Below, piece by piece: positions 25,357 to 35,992 of a DNA stretch of 64,000 nucleotides. Location: contig CM059432.1 of NCBI GenBank assembly GCA_030390025.1, forward strand, positions 119,352,001 through 119,416,000, in the 5' to 3' direction. How positions within the stretch are numbered: the stretch's first letter is position 1; each line of letters begins with the position of its first letter. The DNA comes from Squalus acanthias (taxonomy: Eukaryota). The notes beneath the pieces were generated by a model, which did no database searches, was not told where the DNA came from, and saw nothing but the letters and a program-made list of their open reading frames with translations. A program made the position numbers and the translations under genes.

Positions 25357-28300
25357 TATATTTCACAAAACAAACAGGTGCAAGGGACAGGTGCAAGGGG
25401 CAGGTGCATGGGGCAGGTGCAAGGGGTAGGTGCAAGAGACAGGTGCAAGAGACAGGTGCAAGGGTCAGGTGGAAGGGACAGGTGCAAGGGGCAGGTGCAA
25501 GTGACAGGTGCAAGGAACAGGTGCAAGGGGAAGGTGCAACGGGCAGGTGCAAGGGGCAGGTTCAAGGGGCAGGTGCAAGGGGCAGGTGCAAGGGACAGGT
25601 GCAAGGAACAGGTGCAAGGGGAAGGTGCAACGGGCAGGTGCAAGGGGCAGGTTCAAGGGGCAGGTGCAAGGGACAGGTGCAAGGGGCATGTGCAAGGGAG
25701 GGGTGCAAGGGACAGGTGCAAGGGGCAGGTGCAAGGGGCAGGTGCAAGGGACAGGTGCAATGGGTGGGGTGTCATCCAATCCCATCAAAGATCTGATGCT
25801 ATTGGGATCAAAAGGAAAGTCAATCTCTCTATCGCCATGACTCCCAAGTGGCCAAACCTTTGTGCAATTATTATATTTCACAAAACAAACAGGTGCAAGG
25901 GGCAGGTGCAAGGGACAGGTGCAAGGAGCAGGTGCAAGGGGCAGGTGCAAGGAGCAGGTGCAAGGGATAGGTGCAAGAGACAGGTGCAAGGGATGGGGGT
26001 AGGGCTAGATGCAAGGGGCAGGTGGAAGGGACAGGTGCAAATGACAGGTGCAAGGTGCAGGTGCAAGGGACAGGAGCAAGGGACAGGTACAAGGAGCAGA
26101 GGTAGGGGCATGTGCAAGGCACAGAGATAGGAGCAAGGGTAGGGGCAGGTGCAAGGGGCAGCGGTAGGGGCAGGCGCAAGAGACAAGTGCAAAGGGCAGG
26201 TGCAAGGGACAGGTGCAAGGGACAGGTGCAAGGGGCAGGTGCAAGGGACAGATGCAAGGGACATGTGCAAGGGGCAGGTGCAAGGGGCAGGTGCAAGGGA
26301 CAGGTTCAAGGGGCAGGTGCAAGGGATAGGGGTAGGGGTAGGTGCAAGGGACAAGGGTCGGGGCAGGTGCAAGGGACAGGTGCAAGGGGCAGGTGCAAGG
26401 GACAGGTGCACGGGGCAGGTGCAAGTGACAGGTGCAAGGGGCAAGTGCAAGGGACTGGTGCAAGGGGCAGGTGCAAGGGGCAGGTGCAAGGGATGGTGTA
26501 GGGGCAGGTGCAAGGGACAAGGGTAGGGGTAGGTGCAAGGGGCGGTGCAAGGGGCAGGTGCCAGGGGCAGGTGCAAGGGATGGGGTAGGGGCAGGTGCAA
26601 GGGACACAGGTTGGGGCAGGTGCAAGGGACAGGTGCAAGGGGCAGGTGCAAGGGACAGGTGCAATGGGTGGGGTGTTTTCCAATCCCATCAAAGATCTGA
26701 TGCTATTGGGATCAAAAGGAAAGTCAATCTCTCTATCGCCATGACTCCCAAGTGGCCAAACCTTTGTGCAATAATTATATTTCACAAAACAAACAGGTGC
26801 AAGGGGCAGGTGCAAGGGACAGGTGCAAGGAGCAGGTGCAAGGGATAGGTGCAAGAGACAGGTGCAAGGGACAGGTGCAAGGGGCAGGTGCAAGGGACAG
26901 TTGTAATGGACAGGTACAAGGGGCAGGTGCAAGGGACAGATGCAAGGGACAGGTGCAAGGGACAGGTTCAAGGGGCAGGTGCAAGGGATGGGGTTAGGGG
27001 AAGGTGCAAGGGACAAGGGTAGGGGCAGGTGCAAGGGACAGGTGCAAGGGGCAGGTGCAAGGGACAGGTGCAAATGACAAATACAAAGACAGGTGCAAGG
27101 GGCAGGTGCAAAGGACAGGTGCAAGGGGCAGGGGTAGGGGGCAGGTGCAAGTGACAGGTGCAAGGGGCAAGTGCAAGGGACAGGTGCAAGGGGCAGGTGC
27201 AAGGGGCAGGTGCAAGGGATTGTGTAGGGGCAGGTGCAAGGGACAAGGGTAGGCGCAGGTGCAAGGGGCGGTGCAAGGGGCAGGTGCCAGGGGCAGGTGC
27301 AAGGGATGGGGTAGGGGCAGTTGCAAGGGACACAGGTAGGGTCAGGTGCAAGGGACAGGTGCAAGGGACAGGTGCAAGGGACAGGTGCAAGGGGCAGGTG
27401 CGAGGGGCAGGTGCAAGGGTTGGTGTAGGGGCAGGTGCCAGGGACAAGGGTAGGGGCAGGTGCAAGGGACAGGTTCAAGGGACAGATGCAAGGAGCAGGT
27501 ACAAGGGATGGAGGTAGGGGCAGGTGTAAGGGACAAGGGTAGGGGCAGGTGCAAGGGACCTGTGCAAGGGGCAGGTGCATGGGACAGGGGTAGGGGCAGG
27601 TGGAAGGGACAGGTGCAAATGACAGGTTCAAGGGGCAGGTGCAAGGGACAGGGGTAGCGGCAGGTGGAAGGGACAGGTGCAAACAACAAGTGCAAATGAC
27701 AGGTGCAAGGGGCAGTTGCAAGTTGCATGTGCAAGGGACAGGTGCAAGGGACAGGTGCAACGGGCAGGTGCAAGGGTCAGGTGCAAGGGGCAGGTGCAAG
27801 GGATGGGGTAGGGTCAGTTGCAAGGGACAGGTGCAAGGAGCAGGTGCAAGAGGCAGGTGCAAGGGGCAGGTGCAAGGGACAGGGGTAGGAGGCAGGTGCA
27901 AGGGACAGGTGCAAGGGGCAGTTGCAAGGGACAGGTGCCAGGGGCAGGTGCAAGGGACGGGTGCAAGGGACAGGTGCAAGGGACAGGTGCAAGGGGCATG
28001 TGCAAGGGACGGCTGCAAGGGACAGGTGCAAGGGGCAGGTGCAAGGGAAAGGTGCAAGGGGCAGGTGCAAGGGACAGGTGCAAGGGGCAGGTGCAAGGGA
28101 TGGGTGCAAGGGACAGGTGCAAGGGGCAGGTGCAAGGGATGGGTGCAAGGGACAGGTGCAAGGGGCAGGTGCAAGGGGCAGGTGCAAGGGGCAGGTGCAA
28201 GGGATGGGGTAGGGTCAGTTGCAAGGGACAGGTGCAAGGAGCAGGTGCAAGAGGCAGGTGCAAGGGGCAGTTGCAAGGGACAGGTGCCAGGGGCAGGTGC

Positions 28301-28728
28301 AAGGGACGGGTGCAAGGGACAGGTGCAAGGGACAGGTGCAAGGGGCATGTGCAAGGGACAGCTGCAAGGGACAGGTGCAAGGGGCAGGTGCAAGGGAAAG
28401 GTGCAAGGGGCAGGTGCAAGGGACAGGTGCAAGGGGCAGGTGCAAGGGATGGGTGCAAGGGACAGGTGCAAGGGGCAGGTGCAAGGGGCAGGTGCAAGGG
28501 ACAGGTGCAAGGGACAGGTGCAAGGCACAGGTGCAAGTGGCAGGTGCAAGGGACGGGTGCAAGGGACATGTGCAAGGGGAAGGTGCAAGGGGCAGGTGCA
28601 AGGGACAGGGGCAACGGGTGGGGTGTCTTCCAATCCCATCAAAGATCTGATGCTATTGGGGTCAAAAGGAAAGTCAATCTCTCTGTCGCCACGACTCCCA
28701 AGTGGCCAAACCTTTGTGCAATAATTAT

Positions 28729-29491
28729 GGCCCAGAAATTAAACAGTGAGGGTTCCCGCGGGGGTAAGGATTCCCCGCGATATCGCACTCCGCGCCTACC
28801 TTTTTGCTCCGGGCCCACACGAACTTTAGTTTGAAAGGCTCTCTCTCTTGGAACCATGCAGTGCTTGCGTGACCCAGAGACGCAATTAGTTCGTGCGAGC
28901 TCTGGGATCACGTGATTCAGTTAGAGCCAATGGCAGCACACCATCTTTCATTCATAGTTTTGACAGGAAGACCTGTCAAAGCTATGAATACTACACCCCC
29001 CCAAAAGAACAGCTACACCTCAATTAATTTAAAAAAAAAGCCATCACATTAATAAAATAACTATAGTTAAATAAATTAACCACTTTAAACAAAAAATTAA
29101 ATTTTTGAAAAATTTTTAAATCTTTTTAAAAGTTATAAAAATAAACTTACCTTTCTTTACAGTCTCTAAAAAAGATAAACCTGTTGAAAAAATTTAAAAT
29201 AACACTTAATTAACTACTTACCTTGTTAAAAGGGTGTCCTACGCCTGCTTTCTTTACGTGTAAAATCTTCACCACTTACCTGCGCGTTCAAAGCTGAAAA
29301 AATATCCAAGTGCACTGCGTGCGCACAGCCTGTAGCGCGCACACGGTTCACTTAGGAACCGCCCCCTTTTCAATTCACGAAGTGCCGGTTTCCCGCGCAT
29401 GCGCAGTGCATGCAAAAAACCGGCAATTCGGGATCTATTACGCGAGAGTACACAGTGCGTACTCTCGCGTATTAGGTTTAATTTTCGGGCC
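28729..29491. mobile_element. Second copy of the same 763-bp Harbinger-type MITE at the identical island position (copy 14)
   Basis: Same TIRs, same TAT TSD, same orientation; roughly 7 substitutions relative to 24594-25356. Confidence 0.9.
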
Positions 29492-31109
29492 TATATTTCA
29501 CAAAACAAACAGGTGCAAGGGACAGGTGCAAGGGGCAGGTGCATGGGGCAGGTGCAAGGGGTAGGTGCAAGAGACAGGTGCAAGAGACAGGTGCAAGGGA
29601 CAGGTGCAAGGGACAGGTGCAAGGGGCCGGTGCAATGGACAGGTGCAAGGGACAGGTGCAAGGGATGGGGGTAGGGCCAGGTGCAAGGGTCAGGTGGAAG
29701 GGACAGGTGCAAATGACAGGTGCAAGGTGCAGGTGCAAGGGGCAGGTGCAAGGTACAGGTGCAAGGGGCAGGTGCAAGGAGCAGTTACAAGGAGCAGAGG
29801 TAGGGGGCAGGTGCAAGGCACAGAGGTAGGAGCAATGGTAGGGGCAGGTGCAAGGGGCAGCGATAGGGACAGGCGCAAGAGACAAGTGCAAGGGGCAGGT
29901 GCAAGGGACATGTGCAAGGGGCAGGTGCAAGGTATGGGTGCAAGGGACAGGTGCAAGGGGCAGGTGCAAAGGATAGGTGCAAGGGGCAGGGGTAGGGGGC
30001 AGGTGCAAGGGACAAGTGTAAGGGGCAGGTGCAAGAGGCAGGTGCAAGGGGCAGGTGCAAGGGACAATGGTAGGAGGCAAGTGCAAGGGACAGGTGCAAG
30101 GGGCAGGTGCAAGGGACAGGTGCAAGGGGAAGATGCAAGGGACGGGTGCAAGGGACAGGTGCAAGGGGCAGGTGCAAGGGACAGGTGCAAGGGGCAGGTG
30201 CAAGGGGCAGGTGCAAGGGGCAGGTGCAAGGGGCAGGTGCAAGGGGCAGGTGCAAGGGACGGGTGCAAGGGACAGGTGCAAGGGGCAGGTGTAAGGGACG
30301 GGTGCAAGGGACAGGTGCAAGGGGCAGGTGCAAATGACAGGTGCAAGGGGCAGGTGCAAGGGACGGGTGCAAGGGACAGGTGTAGGGGCAGGTGGAAGGG
30401 ACAGGTGCAAACGACAGGTGCAAAAAACAGGTGCAAGTGGCAGGTGTAAAGGACAGGTGCAAGGGACAGGGGTAGGGGGCAGGTGCAAGGGACAGGTGCA
30501 AGGGGCAGATGCAAGGGGCAGGTGCAAGGGACAGGTGCAAGGGACAGGTGCAAGTGGCATGTGCAAGGGACGGGTGCAAGGGACAGGTGCAAGGGACGGG
30601 TGCAAGGGACAGGTGCAAGGGACAGGTGCAAGGGGCAGGTGCAAGGGACGGCTGCAAGGGACAGGTGCAAGGGGCAGGTGCAAGGGACATGTGCAAGGGG
30701 CAGGTGCAAGGGGCAGGTGCAAGGGACGGGTGCAAGGGGCAGGTGCAAGGGACGGGTGCGAGGGACAGGTGCAAGGGGCAGTTGCAAGGGGCAGGTGCAA
30801 GGGACAGGTGCAAGGGACAGGTGCAAGTGGCATGTGCAAGGGACGGGTGCAAGGGACAGGTGCAAGGGGAAGGTGCAAGGGGCAGGTGCAAGGGACAGGT
30901 GCAAGGGGCAGGTGCAAGTGGCATGTGCAAGGGACGGGTGCAAGGGACAGGTGCAAGGGGAAGGTGCAAGGGGCAGGTGCAAGGGACAGGTGCAACGGGT
31001 GGGGTGTCTTCCAATCCCATCAAAGATCTGATGCTATTGGGGTCAAAAGGAAAGTCAATCTCTCTGTCGCCACGACTCCCAAGTGGCCAAACCTTTGTGC
31101 AATAATTAT

Positions 31110-31128
31110 GGCCCAGAAATTAAACAGT
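31110..31128. mobile_element. 19-bp stub (left TIR) of the same MITE in island copy 15
   Basis: TAT-GGCCCAGAAATTAAACAGT is joined directly to satellite CAGGTGCATGGG; the rest of the MITE and the island 3' end are deleted. Confidence 0.88.
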
Positions 31129-31972
31129 CAGGTGCATGGGGCAGGTGCTAGGGGCAGGTGCAAGGGACAGGTGCAAGGGACAGGTGCAAGGGACAGGTGC
31201 AAGGGATGTGGGTCGGGCCAGGTGCAAGGGGCAGGTGGAAGGGACAGGTGCAAATGACAGGTGCAAGGTGCTGGTGCAAGGGGCAGGTGCAAGGGACAGG
31301 TGCAAGGGGCAGGTGCAAGGAGCAGGTACAAGGAGCAGAGGTAGGGGGCAGGTGCAAGGCACAGAGGTAGGAGCAATGGTAGGGGCAGGTGCAAGGGGCA
31401 GCGGTAGGGACAGGTGCAAGGGGCAGGTGCAAGGGACAGGTGCATGGGGCAGGTGCAAGAGACACGTGCAAGGGGCAGGTCCAAGGGACAGGTGCAAGGG
31501 ACAGGTGCAAGGGACAGGTGCAAGGGGCAGGTGCAAGTGACAGGGGTAGGGTTAGGTGCAAGAGACAAGTGCAAGGGGCAGGTGCAAGGGACAGGTGCAG
31601 AGGACAGGTGCAAGGGACAGAGGTAGGGTTAGATGCAAGAGACAGGTGCAACAGACAGGTGAAAGGGGCAGGTGCAAGAGACAGGTGCAAGTGGCAGGTG
31701 CAAGGGACAGGTGCAAGGGACAGGGGTAGTGGTAGGTGAAAGAGACAGGTGCAAGGGGCAGGTGCAAGGGGCCAGGGTATGGACAGGTGCAAGGGTCAGG
31801 GGTAGTGGCAGGTGCAAGGGTCAGGGGTAGTGGCAGGTGCAATGTGTGGGCTGTTTTCCAATCCCATCAAAGATCTGCTGCCATTGGTGCCAAAAGGAAA
31901 GTCAATCCCTCTATCGCCACGACTCCCAAGTGGCCAAACCTTTGTGCAATAATTATATTTCACAAAACAAAC

Positions 31973-32190
31973 AGCAAATTACTGCAGATGCTAGAAATCT
32001 AAAATAAAAACAGTAAATGCTGGAAACACTCAGCAGTTCAGGCAGCATCTGTGGAGAGAGAAAGATTGGGTTAATGTTCAGGTCAGTGACGTTTCGAAAG
32101 GTCATCGACCCGAAACGTTAACTCAGTTTCTCTCGCCACAGACACTGCCTGACCTCCTGAGTAGTTCCAGCATTTTCTCTTTTTTATTTC
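31973..32190. mobile_element. Penelope-like element terminal-repeat fold-back (inverted pair)
   Basis: AAATAAAAACAGTAAATGCTGGAAACACTCAGCAG...CTGTGGAGAGAG is mirrored by CTCTCGCCACAG...CTGAGTAGTTCCAGCATTTTCTCTTTTTTATTT. The centre has a partial hammerhead (GAAAGGTCATCGACCCGAAACGTTAAC). Homologous to 61138-61240. Confidence 0.7.
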
Positions 32191-32784
32191 AGCAGCCTTT
32201 CGCAATGGTATCTCCCCATAGAGAATTGGAATTGTTTTCTCAACATTTTTCAAAACAAACTCAAATGAATTTATGAAACAAAAGGTATAAACAAGGTAGA
32301 TGAGGAAATTCAGCTGTTTGTAGGAAAATAAGTCACCAGTAAACTGAGCTTACATAACTTGCTCCCAATTTGGATGCTAGCCTATGGGCCCAATGCCAAT
32401 TGATTGTTTTCTTTTCAATAGAAAGTTGAGTCATGTGCCTTTAGGTGCCTCTTGTATAACCTTATTAGCAGCAACCTATTTCTCTGGGAGTAGTTTTCCA
32501 GGTTGTCGTGCTTCCTTTCCATTCTAATTGACCTGTCTTTTAACTCTGATACTGTTTCAAATGTCTTCGTCGATTTGTATTCCTATTCTTGACTGATGAG
32601 CCCCCAGCTCAGTCAAGTCTGCCCTTTGTGTCTTTTATATCTTGAATTAAAGCCTTGAGTTTTTCTTTATGCTCATTAACTCACTGATTGATGCAGGTTT
32701 TAATGTTAGTAAGCTCTTGCATCAGTGCTCCTGGTCCTGGGTTTGGAGGAGGGGCGAGTAACGGGTTGTACTCTCTATGTTGGG

Positions 32785-32985
32785 TGGAAGTTATGCTATA
32801 GTTGTACAAAGCCCTGGTTAGACCCCATCTGGAGTGCTGTGTTCAGTTCTGGGCACCGCACCTCAGGAAGGATATATTGGCCTTGGCAGGGTTGCAGCAC
32901 AGATTCATCAGAATGACACCGGGGCTAAACAGGTTAAATTATGAGGACAAGTTGCGGAGACTAGGCTTGTATTCCCTCGAGTACA
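32785..32985 (+). mobile_element. CR1 LINE ORF2 C-terminal fragment (left part of an interrupted copy)
   Basis: LYKALVRPHLECCVQFWAPHLRKDILAL...LGLYSLEYR aligns to the C-terminus of the 48113-49834 ORF. Confidence 0.88.
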
Positions 32986-34575
32986 GAATCATAGAATCAT
33001 AAAAACTTACAGCACAGAAGGAGGCTATTCGGCCCATCGTGCCTGTGCTGGCTCTTTGAAAGAGTCGTCCTGCTTAGTCCCACATCCCAGCTTTTTGTCC
33101 GTAACCCTGTAAGTTCCTCATCCTCATCCTGTCCAACTCCCTTCAAAATTATTTATGGAATCAGCTTCCACCACCTTTTCAGGTAGAGCGTTCCAGATCC
33201 CGACAATTCTCTGAATGAAAAGAATTCTTCTCAGCTCCCCTCTAGATCTTTTGCCAATGATTTTGGATCTATGACCTCTAGTGATTGACCCACTCTCCAA
33301 GAAATATTATTTCCCTATCAAAACCTCTCATCATCTTGAAAACCTCTATTAGGTCACCTCCTAACCTTCTCTGTTCGAAGGAGAACAGTCCTAACTTTTC
33401 CTACCTCTCCTCATAACTGAAGTCCCTCATCCCTGGTAACATCCTGGTAAACCTCCTCTGTACCCTTTCTAAGGCCTTTACACCTTTCCTGAAGTGTGGT
33501 GCCCAGAATTGTCCACAATACTCCAGCTGAGGCCTAACCAGTGATTTATAAAGTTCTAGCATGATCGCTTTGCTTTTAAATTCTATGGGGGAGAAATTCA
33601 GTATCGCCCCATTTGGGGCGCAATTATCGGCCGGGCGCAAAGATTAGCGCCTGCCGCTAATTATCGCCACCGACTGCAAACTTGACTTTTATCGCCCCTG
33701 GAGGTGATTGGAGCGCTAAATCAGGCGCTTCACAACTGTCTTAAGGCACAAAGGCCGAGGAGCGAGGCGTTACCTCAGAGCGCTGGCGAAGCTCATGTGA
33801 TGTCAGTCAGCAATGGAACACACACACAATGGCGCGGGCCAGTTCTTAAAGGGGATGGTTAATCTTGCTTTCCATCCACATCCTGCTCATTGCAGCCTTG
33901 AATCTCGGCCTGGAGAGACCTGCACATCAAATCTGCTGGAACGAACAATGGAGAGTACCAGACAAAGAGCTCAGAGTGCAGCCCCCACAGTCTCTTCTAA
34001 ATCGATACAAGGAATGGCAAATCAAAATGAACCTGCAAAGTGCTGCTCAGTACCCAAAACTCCTTCACACAACGTTGAATCTCTCCAGAAGTCTCTCTTT
34101 CTCTCTCACAGAATACGTAGTTCAAAAATGGCACCAACAATAAAAGGCAGGAAGCGGTCACCTTTAAATAGCGCTCCCCCTTTCCCTTCATGACTGCAGA
34201 ACGCTCCCCTCAACCTGTCGTTGCTAGCGTCAGGCAGTAAGGCAGGGGGCGCCACTCAATATCCGCTCCGGGGCGATACCGGGGCGTTGCACACTTGACT
34301 GACGTCACGATCTGCCGGCGCAGGAGATCGTGGCAGTAGTGTTTAGCGCCGCCGCAAAATGTCTAGTTAATTTCGCGAGCGGCGCAAACTTCGCCGCGCC
34401 TGGGCGCTAGATGCTTTGCGCCCCATTAGCGCCCTCTTAAGGCGCTAACGGGAGGCGCAACCAACTGAATTTTTCCCCCTATGCCTTTATTTATAAACCC
34501 AAGTAACCCATATGCTTTTTTAACCACCTCATCAACTTGCCCTGCCACCTTTAAGGATTTGTGTATAAGGTCACC
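32986..34575 (-). mobile_element. CR1 LINE 3' fragment, interrupted by a MITE
   Basis: Tail AGAATCATAGAATCAT at the left end. Minus frame EFKSKAIMLELYKSLVRPQLEYCGQFWAPHFRKGVKALERVQRRFTRMLPGM; the sequence resumes after 34479. Confidence 0.88.
33587..34479. mobile_element. Non-autonomous Harbinger-type element (893 bp)
   Basis: TIRs GGGGGAGAAATTCAGT / ACTGAATTTTTCCCCC (15/16); TSD TAT (33584-33586, 34480-34482); repeated subterminal TATCGCC/TAGCGCC motifs in both orientations. Confidence 0.88.
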
Positions 34576-34975
34576 AAATATGGAAGATTAAAGGGTGATA
34601 TAATTCAGGTATTTAAGATGATTAAATGATTTGACAGTGTAGATAGAGAGAAACTATTTCCTCTGGTGAGGGAGTCCAGAACAAGGGGGCGTAACCTTAA
34701 AAATAGAGCTAGGTAGTTTAGAAGTGATGTCAGAAAGCCATTCTTCACACAAAGGGTTGTGGAAATCTGGAACTCTTTTCCCCAAAAAGCTGTGGAGTTC
34801 AGGTCTATAGAAAATTTCAAAACTGAGATTGATAGATTGTTGGGCAAGGCTATTAAGGGATATGGAACCAAGGCGGGTAAATGGAATTAAGATACAGAGC
34901 AGCCATGATCTAATTGAATGGTGGGATAGGCTTGAGGGGTTGAAAGGCCTACTCATGTTTCTATGTTCCTATGTT
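34576..34975 (+). mobile_element. CR1 LINE 3' end (right part of the copy starting at 32785)
   Basis: Continues RLKGDIIQVFKM..FFTQRVVEIWNSFPQKAVE, followed by a 3' UTR and a TTTCTATGTTCCTATGTT tail. Confidence 0.85.
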
Positions 34976-35992
34976 ATTACTCTCTTGCTGATGAAGGGGA
35001 GAGTGGGTTGTTCCATACCATTTTATGATCATAAATCTTTTGAGAGGTATGTAAAACAAATGTTGTAGATTAAAGAACTAACAAGTCAGAAAAGCTATGG
35101 ATTGAGGTCTGCGACCCAGAGCCATAACAAGATGATTACAGCAGCATGGAGAAACAAATGGAAATAGTGTCCTTGACACCAACATATTGGCCCTTTTTAA
35201 CAATTCAGTACATTATTGTAATTAAAAATTCTATGTGTAAACGCTTTGACTCTTTATTAAACTAAAAATTAACAAAAAATCTTTCGGAAACCCCAGAGTG
35301 TTGAACATCATGAGTGTCTGCAAAAAATGCAAACTTACAGGAAATCATTTGCATTGCAATACTATGAACACGTAAATTGTCACAAGTTAGCATGATAATT
35401 ATATGCTGGAAATATGAGATAAAAACACAATCCTGGGAATACACAGCAGGTTGATTATCACCGGAAAAGGAAAATGACAGCGTAACATTTCAGGTGTGTT
35501 GTTCCATACTGATATTTATACATTGGTTTCAAGACAGTTACAAACTGGGTTGATTAAATGTTCTTGGTACTTACGGCCTGATTTTAACCCTGCTCACCCG
35601 GCAGGGACAGGCCAGGCAGTTAAAATGGCGGTTGGGCAATTGCTGCTGCGTTACCAGCTGCCGCCATTTTAAGCCTGCTGTCTTTAGTCACGGGAAAGGC
35701 GCCAGTCATAGGCCTCATTCAAATGGAAAAGTCACGCTCTAATTACTTCATTTGGACCTTGGCGGAATTTTAACTCCAAATTGTAGGAGTCCTGCCCAGT
35801 GGCAGGATCGGTGTGTCCGAGCCCCCGAAGCTGTATCTAAACAGGCACTCAGCGGCAACTCACTGGATTGGAGGATCTTTTTGCTGTCTGGTTTGCCAGG
35901 AGTGTTTAGTAAAGAAGATTTCAAGCTTCCAGATTGCTTCTTTTACCTTTTTTTTCTGACTTATCACCATCAGAAAGCTTTCTTTGTATCTC

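Larger units (their letters stand above)
4911..31842. repeat. 13-bp G-rich satellite main block with kb-scale higher-order duplications
   Basis: Same consensus as 1-2716. Landmark variants recur in conserved order. Near-identical blocks are offset by e.g. 2969 bp (8499 vs 11468), 6050 bp (17617 vs 23667) and 3798 bp (23667 vs 27465). Units are more degenerate over the last ~300 bp. Confidence 0.97.
5151..31972. repeat. Family of 16 co-oriented ~130-bp conserved islands interspersed in the satellite
   Basis: TGGGTGGGGTGTCTTCCAATCCCATCAAAG...TATATTTCACAAAACAAAC starts at 5151, 6809, 8973, 11942, 14436, 15419, 16817, 18687, 22021, 22854, 24480, 25761, 26665, 28615, 30996 and 31843. Confidence 0.95.

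Noticed and set aside
1..31842. Very many long overlapping ORFs (PLHLPLAPVPCTC / GQVQGTGARDRCK), up to 1117 aa, resembling keratin-associated or Cys/Pro-rich proteins
   Set aside because: The 13-mer has no stop in any frame, so all frames give the same 13-aa period; 12-nt and other variant units shift frame freely, with no preferred frame.
1..31842. True telomeric array or immunoglobulin switch region
   Set aside because: Only sporadic TTAGGG and no enrichment of AGCT/GAGCT motifs.
5151..31972. CRISPR array
   Set aside because: Repeats are 130 bp, spacers are kb-long satellite rather than unique 30-40 bp sequences, there are no cas genes, and the context is eukaryotic.
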